Notes under the pieces: model-generated | Told to the model about the DNA's origin: nothing | The model's input: only the letters and a program-made list of their open reading frames with translations | Database searches by the model: none | In this document: one piece after another, positions 31,538 to 39,845 of the stretch | Position numbering within the stretch: the first letter of the stretch is position 1 | Layout of the letters: the number at the start of each line of letters is the position of its first letter | NCBI GenBank assembly: GCA_021324535.1 | Contig: JAJPIU010000130.1 | Location: 1-63,718, forward strand | Length of the DNA stretch: 63,718 bases | Reading direction: 5' to 3' | Origin: Pseudomonadota bacterium | Lineage (GTDB): Bacteria > Chloroflexota > Ktedonobacteria > Ktedonobacterales > JADMIN01 | Program-made: the position numbers and the translations under genes

Positions 31538-31580
31538 TTTCCCTCCTCTGCCGCAGCGAGGAAAGGGTCAGGGGTGGGGG
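31538..31580 (-). repeat. REP-like palindrome immediately after the deaD stop
   Basis: minus strand TAG-CCCCCACCCCTGACCCTTTCCTCGCTGCGGCAGAGGAGGGAAA. Confidence 0.7.
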
Positions 31581-33707
31581 CTATCGCCTATCCCGTGTGC
31601 GCCGCTCAGCAAAGGAACTATACGTGCGGCCTGCGCCTTTGCGTCCAGGCGCGCCGGTGGAACGCCGCCCACCAAATGAGCCGCGTGGGCTGCTGTGGCG
31701 ATCCTCCTCATCCTCGGATCGCTCCCACGGGCGTCCTCGCTTTGCCGGACGGTCGCGGTCACGATCACCACGTCCGTCGCGCGCGTCCTGCTGCCATTGC
31801 TCGTCGGGCCGGGCCAGGCTGGCACGCGGGTCACGCCCACGGATGGTGGTGCGGTTGAGCGCCGAGATGATGGCGCCTGCCTGCGCTTCGGGCGCCTCCA
31901 CAAACGCAAATGTATCGTAGAGATCAATATCGCCGATCTCATCTCCAGGCACACCCGCCTCGTTCGCGATGGCGCCCACAATATCAGCAGGGCGCACGCC
32001 GTCGCGTCGGCCCACACGCAAGAAGAGCCGCGCCATCGGTTGCCCGGCCCCACGGCGTTCGCCACGTTCACGGCGTCCGCGCGGCGCTTCGAAGCCTTCT
32101 GTGCGCCTGCCCGATGGCGCGGAGCTTGCCTCCTGGATGTCATCCCAGCGGCGGCGTTCGCGCCCCTCTCGTCCATCGCGGCTTTCACGGGTTTCCAGTT
32201 CCGGCGGAGCTGGCGGCTCCGGCTGCGCCTCATACCACGAGGTTCCATGTCCAGGACGACGCGCCTCTCGCGCCTGCGCCGCCATCTTAAAGGCCGCCGC
32301 CGCCAACTCGGCCGGCTCGCGGGTGTCGGCCAGGTCTTCTACCAGCGCCAGGAACGGATCGAGCTGCCCCTCGTCGAGGATTTCAAGCACGTCCTGCCGG
32401 AAGGTTGCCCGGCGACGCGCCGCTACATCGGCTGGCGTTGGCAGCCGCAGCCGTTCGAGTCGGCGGTGGATGGCGTGTTCGATGAACTGCAACTGGCGGC
32501 GTTCGCGCGGCGTGATCAACGTCAGCGCCTCGCCGCTCTGTCCGGCTCGGCCCGTCCGCCCAATGCGATGTACATACGACTCAGCGTCAACAGGCAGGTC
32601 ATAGTTGATGACATGGCTCACATCGGGGATGTCGAGTCCGCGCGCCGCCACATCGGTCGCCACCAGCAATTGCGTATGCCCGGCGCGGAAGCGTTCGAGC
32701 ACACGCTCACGCTGCGACTGGTTGATCTCGCCGTGGATGGCCTGCGCCAGATAGCCCATGCTATTGAGTTGTTCAGCCACCGTGTCGGCGTCGCGGCGTG
32801 TGCGGACAAAGATGATCGCTGACTCCGGCTCCTCCAGGTCGAGGATGCGCGCCAGCGCCTCAGGCTTGGCGTAGGCTGCCGTCTCGTAGTAGACCTGGCG
32901 TACCAGCGGCGCAACCGCCTCGCGTGCGTCAACGCTCAGTCGGACGGGGTCGTGTAAATACTGCTCGGCAAGCCGCGCAATGCGAGGCGGAATCGTCGCG
33001 GAGAAGAGCGCGCTCTGCCGCTCGCTGGGCAGCGCCGTCAGGATCGCCTCGATGTCTTCGATGAAGCCCATATTGAGCATCTCGTCGGCCTCATCGAGGA
33101 TGACGGTACGCACGCTGCTCAGGTCGAGCGTCTTGCGTTCCAGATGATCGAGCAACCGCCCTGGTGTGCCCACCACTACCTGCACGCCCCTCGCCAGCGC
33201 GCGAAACTGCCGCTCGTAGGGTTGGCCGCCGTAGATCGGGATCGTCACCACCTCGCGATACTTGCCAAAGGCATGGATCGCCTCCGCCACCTGAATCGCC
33301 AGTTCGCGGGTGGGCGTGACGATCAACGCCTGAGGCTTGAGGTCGCTCTCGTTCAGCCGCTCGATGATCGGCAAGCCATACGCCGCCGTCTTGCCCGTGC
33401 CGGTGGGCGCCTGGGCGATCACATCGCGCCCGGCGAGCATCGGCTCAATCGTCTGCAATTGAATGGGTGTCGGCGCGCCAAAGCCTAGATCGGCGATGGC
33501 TCTGAGCGTCAACTCTCCAAGCCCAAGCGCCGCAAACGCTTTGGCGCTCTCGTCCATCTCGGCGCTTACAGTATCGTTCGTTGTGGCACTCTCGGTCGCC
33601 GTCGTCGTTGTCGTCTCTTCGGCGGTCGCGCTGGCCGCCTGGCTGTCGCCTGCGTCGGGCGTGTTGATTTGTTCCGTTTGATTGAGTGAATGTCCCAAAT
33701 GTCCCAT
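31581..33707 (-). CDS. deaD: DEAD-box RNA helicase with DbpA RNA-binding domain (DeaD/CsdA)
   Basis: APTGTGKT, PTRELA, DEAD, SAT, ARGLD, HRIGRTGR, GRRDGVRPADIVGAIANE; start uncertain. Confidence 0.93.
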   Translation of the reverse strand: MGHLGHSLNQTEQINTPDAGDSQAASATAEETTTTTATESATTNDTVSAEMDESAKAFAALGLGELTLRAIADLGFGAPTPIQLQTIEPMLAGRDVIAQAPTGTGKTAAYGLPIIERLNESDLKPQALIVTPTRELAIQVAEAIHAFGKYREVVTIPIYGGQPYERQFRALARGVQVVVGTPGRLLDHLERKTLDLSSVRTVILDEADEMLNMGFIEDIEAILTALPSERQSALFSATIPPRIARLAEQYLHDPVRLSVDAREAVAPLVRQVYYETAAYAKPEALARILDLEEPESAIIFVRTRRDADTVAEQLNSMGYLAQAIHGEINQSQRERVLERFRAGHTQLLVATDVAARGLDIPDVSHVINYDLPVDAESYVHRIGRTGRAGQSGEALTLITPRERRQLQFIEHAIHRRLERLRLPTPADVAARRRATFRQDVLEILDEGQLDPFLALVEDLADTREPAELAAAAFKMAAQAREARRPGHGTSWYEAQPEPPAPPELETRESRDGREGRERRRWDDIQEASSAPSGRRTEGFEAPRGRRERGERRGAGQPMARLFLRVGRRDGVRPADIVGAIANEAGVPGDEIGDIDLYDTFAFVEAPEAQAGAIISALNRTTIRGRDPRASLARPDEQWQQDARDGRGDRDRDRPAKRGRPWERSEDEEDRHSSPRGSFGGRRSTGAPGRKGAGRTYSSFAERRTRDRR

Positions 33708-33910
33708 AAACTCCCCATCACACCCACTGCGATCCGTTCTTCCTGTCGCGTAAGGCGATGGGGTCACGATGGGTGTTTCTTCAATAGTGTTGTCGTCTGC
33801 CGCACTCTCTCCGAATATATTCTATCCCATCGCGCTGGCAAACCGCCAGCGGATAGGCCGCCTGGCGTCGCATAGCTTCCTCTTGCAAAGTTATCATAGC
33901 GCCTTTCTGG

Positions 33911-34219
33911 CTAATAGCGAATCTGGAAGCCGACGAACGTTCCCTGCGCCTCTTCCCAGGCCACCTTCACCTCGCTGACGCCCGTTTTATTCGGCCCGGC
34001 CCATAGCGCATCAAGGAAGCGTTCGAGCGCGGCGTGTGTTCCCTCGGCCACCACCTCCACCGAGCCATCCGGCAGGTTGCGCACATAGCCGCGCACCCCC
34101 AGCACACTGGCATGGCGTTGGGCGAAAAAACGATAGCCAACGCCCTGCACACGACCCATCACGCGCGCGTTCAGACGAACAAATTGATTCGCTTGATCGT
34201 CATCAGGGCTGTCTGGCAT
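33911..34219 (-). CDS. acyP: acylphosphatase
   Basis: GRVQGVGYR, GYVRNLPDGSVE. Confidence 0.93.
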   Translation of the reverse strand: MPDSPDDDQANQFVRLNARVMGRVQGVGYRFFAQRHASVLGVRGYVRNLPDGSVEVVAEGTHAALERFLDALWAGPNKTGVSEVKVAWEEAQGTFVGFQIRY

Positions 34220-34766
34220 GTGGTTTCTTCGCTTTCCCAGGGGTGGCTGTAGATGTAGCAGCCATCAACGGCTCCAATTCGCGGCGAATCTGCCGGTAGG
34301 TGTTCTGTAGGAAATCGGGCATCACCTTGACATCGGCCAGCACCGGCATGAAGTTAGTGTCGCCATTCCAGCGCGGCACGATATGCAGGTGCATGTGATC
34401 GGCGATGCCAGCGCCCGCCACCGTGCCCTGATTGATGCCCATATTGTAGCCCTGCGGCCCCATCGCCGCGCCAAGCGCCGTCAGGCATTTCTGCGCCGTC
34501 GCCATGATGTCGGCGAGTGTCGCCGCGTCGAGCTGCTGGATGCCCGGCTCATGGACGTAGGGGGCGATCATCAGGTGGCCGTTGTTATAGGGATACAGAT
34601 TCATGATGACAAAGCAGCGTTCGGCCCGCGCCAGAATCAGGTTCTCTTCGTCGCGGTCTTCCGCTGCTTTATCACAAAAGATGCACCCGCTGCCCTTCTG
34701 CTTTTCTGCGTTGTCGCTATCGCCTGTGATATAGGTCATGCGCCAGGGCGCCCAGAGTTGCCGCAT
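34203..34766 (-). CDS. HIT family protein (Ap4A phosphorylase-like)
   Basis: LWAPWR, CIFC, NLYPYNNGH, HMHLHIVPRW. Confidence 0.92.
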   Translation of the reverse strand: MRQLWAPWRMTYITGDSDNAEKQKGSGCIFCDKAAEDRDEENLILARAERCFVIMNLYPYNNGHLMIAPYVHEPGIQQLDAATLADIMATAQKCLTALGAAMGPQGYNMGINQGTVAGAGIADHMHLHIVPRWNGDTNFMPVLADVKVMPDFLQNTYRQIRRELEPLMAATSTATPGKAKKPHARQP

Positions 34767-34862
34767 GCGTCGTCGTCGCTTTCCGTGTCTCTTCGTCTTG
34801 AGGTTCGTAACTTTTCATATGGTACTATAGAGGCAATGGCGATCAGCAAGGGGAAGGGTCAG

Positions 34863-35264
34863 ATGAACGAAAAGAACGAGCAGCCAGCCAATCATGTGAG
34901 TGAGCCATCGTCTGGAAGCCAACCGAATTTCTCTGAACAATATGGCTTGCAGGCGCGCGAGGCGTTGGTGGAGGTGGTCAACGCCGATCTGGCGACGGGG
35001 GCCGATGCGCTGGCCCAGGCCCGCGCTTACGCTGCACGCGGCAAGCCCGATTTTGTGCTGGCCTATCTGCTCTCGTCCGCACTCGACACGACGCTGAGCG
35101 AGGCCGACAAGCGCACACTCTATGCGCTTGCCCACGAGCGCCGCGCCGACTACATCGAGCGGAAAGCGCGTGAGTTCGAACAGACATATCACCGCGACTT
35201 CCCGTTGCTCTACATCGAGGCGAAACATGACCGCGCGCTGGCCCGGCAGATTCGCGCAGGCTAA
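34863..35264 (+). CDS. hypothetical helical protein
   Basis: Protein-like composition; purine-rich RBS before ATG 34863; divergent from HIT. Confidence 0.6.
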   Translation: MNEKNEQPANHVSEPSSGSQPNFSEQYGLQAREALVEVVNADLATGADALAQARAYAARGKPDFVLAYLLSSALDTTLSEADKRTLYALAHERRADYIERKAREFEQTYHRDFPLLYIEAKHDRALARQIRAG

Positions 35265-35334
35265 TTGTCTCTCTTCTCGCAGTATCGTTTCCACCATGTG
35301 GCTACGTCAGCCCAAGCGCCAGGAGGTATCTCTC

Positions 35335-35778
35335 GTGCCCACCATTCGAGAGCTCAGCGAGCAGGAGACACATCTTGCCTATCCGGCGCTGCTTGAGCTA
35401 CGTCCCCACCTTGACGCTCGCGAGCACATGGTCGAGATCATCAACACACGCCAGCGACCCGAAGGCTATCGCCTGATTGGCTCGTTTGTGGAGGGCCGCG
35501 AAGAAGCAGTGGCGGTTGCGGGTTTTCGCTTGCTGCATAGCCTCGCTTGGGGACGTTTTCTCTATGTTGATGATCTGAGCACGTGCGCTGAGTATCGCCG
35601 CCAGGGACACGGTGAGCGGCTAATGCAATGGCTGGATGAGGAGGCGCGGCGGCTAGGCTGCGACCAGCTTCACCTTGATTCAGGCGTGCAGCGCCACGAC
35701 GCGCACCGCCTGTATCTGAACCAGCGCATGCAGATTACCGCGCACCACTTTGGGCGCGTGCTCTCAACAGAGGAATAA
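35335..35778 (+). CDS. GNAT family N-acetyltransferase
   Basis: LYVDDL, RRQGHG, LHLDSGVQRHDAHRLY; AGGAGG RBS. Confidence 0.9.
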   Translation: MPTIRELSEQETHLAYPALLELRPHLDAREHMVEIINTRQRPEGYRLIGSFVEGREEAVAVAGFRLLHSLAWGRFLYVDDLSTCAEYRRQGHGERLMQWLDEEARRLGCDQLHLDSGVQRHDAHRLYLNQRMQITAHHFGRVLSTEE

Positions 35779-35798
35779 GGACAAAATGGGGAGCCGCT

Positions 35799-36179
35799 AT
35801 GGCGAATCAGCAACAACCTACTGAGCATGTGGCTACCGAGGCGCCGCCGATTCCTTTACAGGCACTGGCAGATAAGGCCGAGCTACGTGCACGCCTCTGT
35901 GAGATATTGCGTCAGCCTGCGTATGGTGTTATTCATGCCAGCTTATTTGGTTCGTTTGCGCGTGGCGAAGATCGCCCTCTCGCCGATCCTGATCCCAGTG
36001 ATATTGATCTCCTCGTGGAACTCAAGCCAGGCGTCACGCTGTTCGGCTTGATTCGCTTGCAGCAAGCCCTGGAAGATACAACAGGCAGAAGTGTTGATAG
36101 TATTACGGATCGCCAGCTCGCGCGAGCACACCCGCTCATGCGCGAACACATTTTACCAGATTGTGAGCCTTTGCTATGA
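35799..36179 (+). CDS. minimal nucleotidyltransferase (MNT antitoxin)
   Basis: LFGSFARGE...SDIDLLV...VD. Confidence 0.85.
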   Translation: MANQQQPTEHVATEAPPIPLQALADKAELRARLCEILRQPAYGVIHASLFGSFARGEDRPLADPDPSDIDLLVELKPGVTLFGLIRLQQALEDTTGRSVDSITDRQLARAHPLMREHILPDCEPLL

Positions 36180-36415
36180 CTTCCCCTCGCCAAGCGCCAA
36201 AGGCTGCGGAAATCTCTCTGGATGAGATGATCCAGGCGATTGACCTGATCATTCGTTACACACAAGGACAAAGCCTCGATCAATTTCAAGCAGTGGGTAA
36301 CGAAGAAAAGCAAGATACGGTTATCCGTCCCATAGTGAGGCGTAATGTAATTACTGAGCAATGCCGATATGAGGCGCTAGACGAGACGTGGAGGGCAACA
36401 TATGGCGGACGATGA
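36176..36415 (+). pseudogene. truncated HEPN/DUF86 toxin
   Basis: ATGA overlap with MNT. The DUF86-like N-terminus (LDEMIQAIDLIIRYTQG..F...QDTVIR) stops resembling the family near 36330. No Rx4-6H motif. Confidence 0.65.
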
Positions 36416-37145
36416 TCGAACGGTCTGGAAGCGCGCGGCGGCTGAATCTGCGGCGGCCAGCGTTCCCGATGGTGTGGTAGTGGGCCTGGGCAGCGGCTCT
36501 ACCGCTGAATTGATGCTGGCGGCGCTTGCCGAGCGGGTACGTGGTGGCTTGCGTATCACTGGCGTCGCCACCTCCGCGCGCACCGCCGCGCTGGCGAACG
36601 ACCTGGGCATCCCCTTGCTGGCGATTGACGACCTGCAAGGGACGCTCGATATGAGCCTCGACGGCGCCGACGAGGTGGTATTGCCCACGCTCGATCTTGT
36701 CAAGGGACGTGGCGGCGCGCTGCTCCATGAGAAGCAGGTGGCGCTGGTGAGCCGCTTTCGCGTGATCATGATTGACGAGAGCAAGCTGGTTCAGGCGCTC
36801 GGGACGACGGTTGCCGTTCCGGTGGAGGTGGTGGCCTTTGGCTGGCGTCAGACCGCGTTGAGACTCACCACGCTGGGCTGCCAGCCGACGTTGCGCCGCC
36901 AGGACAGCGTCTCAAACCTCCCATTTGTTACTGAGAGCGGCGCCTATATCCTCGATTGCGCGTTTGGAGCCATCACGCAGCCTGCTGCGTTGGCCAGCCA
37001 GATCAAAGCCATCACAGGCGTGGTGGATCACGGCCTCTTCGTGGGAATGACCGAGCGTGTGTATGTTGGCGGAGCAAATGGCGTCGCCACGTATGATGTC
37101 GCGCCAGTCGGCGCACAGGCGCCTGTGCAGCCAACGCACGAGTAA
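36402..37145 (+). CDS. rpiA: ribose-5-phosphate isomerase A
   Basis: GLGSGST, DGADEV, KGRGGALLHEK, GVVDHGLF. Confidence 0.95.
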   Translation: MADDDRTVWKRAAAESAAASVPDGVVVGLGSGSTAELMLAALAERVRGGLRITGVATSARTAALANDLGIPLLAIDDLQGTLDMSLDGADEVVLPTLDLVKGRGGALLHEKQVALVSRFRVIMIDESKLVQALGTTVAVPVEVVAFGWRQTALRLTTLGCQPTLRRQDSVSNLPFVTESGAYILDCAFGAITQPAALASQIKAITGVVDHGLFVGMTERVYVGGANGVATYDVAPVGAQAPVQPTHE

Positions 37146-37159
37146 AAGGGAGACATCCA

Positions 37160-37447
37160 ATGGCAGGCTATGTGATTGTCAATGTGCTGGTCACTGATCC
37201 CGAACAATACGAGAAGTATAAGCCGCTGGCTGCCGCTGCGGTCGCTCAGTATGGCGGACGCTATCTCGTGCGCGGCGGCGCGATGGAGTGCGTTGAGGGG
37301 AACTGGCCACAGCGGCGCATCGCCGTGTTGGAGTTTCCCACTGTAGAGGACGCGCGCCGCTGGTATTTCTCACCCGAATATGAGGCGGCCAAGCGTGTGC
37401 GCGCGGGCGCGGCGACCGGCGACTTTATCATTGTCGAGGGCGCATAA
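37160..37447 (+). CDS. DUF1330 family protein
   Basis: YGGRYLVRGG, VLEFPT..A..WYFSPEY. Confidence 0.88.
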   Translation: MAGYVIVNVLVTDPEQYEKYKPLAAAAVAQYGGRYLVRGGAMECVEGNWPQRRIAVLEFPTVEDARRWYFSPEYEAAKRVRAGAATGDFIIVEGA

Positions 37448-37501
37448 ATCGTTCAGCGTTCTCTGTTCGCCCGAAATCTGAAAAGCTAAAGGAAACATCT
37501 T

Positions 37502-38443
37502 ATGCGCTTTGGCCGCCATATGCCTACCGAGTCGCGCCCAGTGCAGGCATTGCGCCAGTTGGTGGCGATGGGTGGCGACGCGATGCAGCTCTTCGTCACC
37601 AATCCCCGTAGCTGGCAGGCGCCCGCGTATAATCTCGCCGAGGAGCAGGCGATGCGCGCCGCACGCGCGGAGCTTGGCGATCCGGCGCTCGTCGCCCATG
37701 CGGCCTATCTGATCAACCTTGCCTCCCCGCGCGACGACTATTTCCCTCAATCCGTGGCGCTGCTCCGCGCGACGCTGGATCGCACAGCCAGGATCGGTGG
37801 CGAGTCGGTGGTGTTTCATATTGGCAGCCACACCGGCTCTGGCGTCGAGGCTGGCCTCGCCCGTTTGATTGACGGCATTGCGCAGACATTGGCGCCAGCA
37901 GAGAATGCGAACGATACTGACGGCGCGCCCGGAGTGGATGGAGCCTCTTACAGCCAGCCGCTCTTATTGCTTGAAAACGATACCGGCGGAGGCGGCAAGC
38001 TGGGCGCCAGCTTCGAGCATCTTGCGCGTGCGCTCGATGCGCTGCCACACTACGCCGACCGCCTGGGCGTCTGTCTGGATACGGCGCATCTCTGGGGCGC
38101 GGGCTTCGATATTGGGACACCTGAGGGAGCCTGCGCCACGCTCGATGAGGTTGACCGCGTGATTGGCCTGGCGCGGGTGCGGGCGCTGCACGTCAACGAT
38201 TCACGTGAGCCGCTGGCAAGCCATCGCGATGTGCATGCGCGGCTGGGCGAGGGAACGATCCCTCTGGTTGGCATGCAAGCCTTTCTGTGCGATCCCCGCC
38301 TGACTCATACGACGGCGCTGCTCGAAACGCCGCTCCCCACGCTCCCTAACAAACAGGTGGACTGGCAGACCGAACGCGAAATATTCCAGCGCGCCCGTGC
38401 GCTTGCCGGGCTGCCCACGCCAGAGGGTGATGTGGTACCATGA
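37502..38443 (+). CDS. nfo: endonuclease IV (AP endonuclease)
   Basis: HAAYLINL, VFHIGS, LEND, CLDTAH, HVNDS, DVH, LET. Confidence 0.92.
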   Translation: MRFGRHMPTESRPVQALRQLVAMGGDAMQLFVTNPRSWQAPAYNLAEEQAMRAARAELGDPALVAHAAYLINLASPRDDYFPQSVALLRATLDRTARIGGESVVFHIGSHTGSGVEAGLARLIDGIAQTLAPAENANDTDGAPGVDGASYSQPLLLLENDTGGGGKLGASFEHLARALDALPHYADRLGVCLDTAHLWGAGFDIGTPEGACATLDEVDRVIGLARVRALHVNDSREPLASHRDVHARLGEGTIPLVGMQAFLCDPRLTHTTALLETPLPTLPNKQVDWQTEREIFQRARALAGLPTPEGDVVP

Positions 38444-38490
38444 CCTCACAAGATCAATCCTCTCATGGAACATACAAAGGAGCAGAAGCA

Positions 38491-39105
38491 GTGGCAAATT
38501 TACGGATAGCGGTGTTGGGTGTCGGAAATATCGGCGGATCGCTTGGCAAACGCTGGATCGCGGCGGGTCATCAGGTGGCGTTTGGCGTCGCGAACCCTGA
38601 GACGAGCGCGAAGGCGCAGGCGCTCACAGCGGATGTTGGCGAGAAAGCGACCATCACATCGGTCGCCCAGGCCATCACAGACGCCGATGTCGTCGTCTTC
38701 GCCATCCCTGGCAAAGCAATGGACGAGACCATCGCCGTGAACGCTGACGCGCTGACTGGTAAACTGGTCATTGATGTCGCCAATCGCGTTGGCGAACCGG
38801 TCTTCAACAGCTATGCCACGTTCCAGCGCCTCGCTCCAACGGCGCAGTATGCGCGGGCGTTCAATACACTTGGCTGGGAAAACTTTGTAGATTCCACATT
38901 CTCAGGTGGCCCCGCCGATATGTTCTATGTGAGCGCAGATGGTAGTCAGCCAACTGTCGAGACGCTGATAAGCGATGTCGGCTATCGCCCCGTTCGGCTG
39001 GGCGCGGGCGATCAGGCCGATCTGGTGGATGCGCTGTTGCGGCTGTGGTTCACACTGTCACGCACATATGGCCGCCGCCTCGCCTTCAAGATCGTGACGC
39101 CATAG
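38491..39105 (+). CDS. NADP oxidoreductase, F420-dependent-like family
   Basis: IAVLGVGNIG Rossmann motif, VIDVAN, RAFNT; AAAGGAG before GTG 38491. Confidence 0.8.
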   Translation: MANLRIAVLGVGNIGGSLGKRWIAAGHQVAFGVANPETSAKAQALTADVGEKATITSVAQAITDADVVVFAIPGKAMDETIAVNADALTGKLVIDVANRVGEPVFNSYATFQRLAPTAQYARAFNTLGWENFVDSTFSGGPADMFYVSADGSQPTVETLISDVGYRPVRLGAGDQADLVDALLRLWFTLSRTYGRRLAFKIVTP

Positions 39106-39115
39106 GAATTGTGAT

Positions 39116-39490
39116 CTACTCAGGCGCGGGCTGTAGCAATTGCAGGTAGTTCCCGTCAGGGTCGAGGAAGGTTGCTACCCATCCGCCCCAATGTTCGCGT
39201 TCTGGCTCGCGCACGAAGACGACGCCACGCGCTTTGAGCCTCGCCGCAGCCGCATGAATATCCGTCGTATCAAACGTCAGCATGGCCCGATATGGCTCCG
39301 TGGGCGCCTCTTTGACTTCGCTATGATATGCAGGATGGATAATCAGTCCACCGCTGACCAGCCTGCCCTGCGCGTTGACGGGTATGCCCACCACCTCGTG
39401 ATAAAACGCCTTTAGCCGTGCCGGATCAGCCGTTGCGATAATGATACTCCCTAGCGTCAGTGGTGTATCGTCGGATTGCTGCTCTTGCAT
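39116..39490 (-). CDS. VOC/glyoxalase family protein
   Basis: FYHEVVG, WGGWVATFLDPDGNYLQL. Confidence 0.85.
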   Translation of the reverse strand: MQEQQSDDTPLTLGSIIIATADPARLKAFYHEVVGIPVNAQGRLVSGGLIIHPAYHSEVKEAPTEPYRAMLTFDTTDIHAAAARLKARGVVFVREPEREHWGGWVATFLDPDGNYLQLLQPAPE

Positions 39491-39524
39491 CTTATACCAC
39501 CCCTTAACAGGAAAGGATACATCT

Positions 39525-39836
39525 ATGAATCAGGAAATCGAAGTACGAGACAATCCAGCCGCCAGCCGCTACGAGGCGCATGCTGACGGCAAAATCGCTG
39601 AGATTGCCTACGAGCGCGACAGCGACCTCATGATCTACCTGCATACTGAAGTGCCGAAGGAGCTTGAGGGACGCGGCATCGCCAGCCAGATGGCAAAGTA
39701 CGCCCTCGATGAGGCAGCCGCGCACCACTTGAAAGTCGTCCCGCTCTGCTCCTATATGGCGAGCTACATCAAACGTCACCAGGAATATCTGCCCCTGGTG
39801 GTTCCCGAAGAGCGCGACCGCGTGCTCAACGGCTGA
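39525..39836 (+). CDS. YjdJ-like small GNAT acetyltransferase
   Basis: HTEVPKELEGRGIAS, VVPLCSY. Confidence 0.87.
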   Translation: MNQEIEVRDNPAASRYEAHADGKIAEIAYERDSDLMIYLHTEVPKELEGRGIASQMAKYALDEAAAHHLKVVPLCSYMASYIKRHQEYLPLVVPEERDRVLNG

Positions 39837-39845
39837 TACTGTCGC

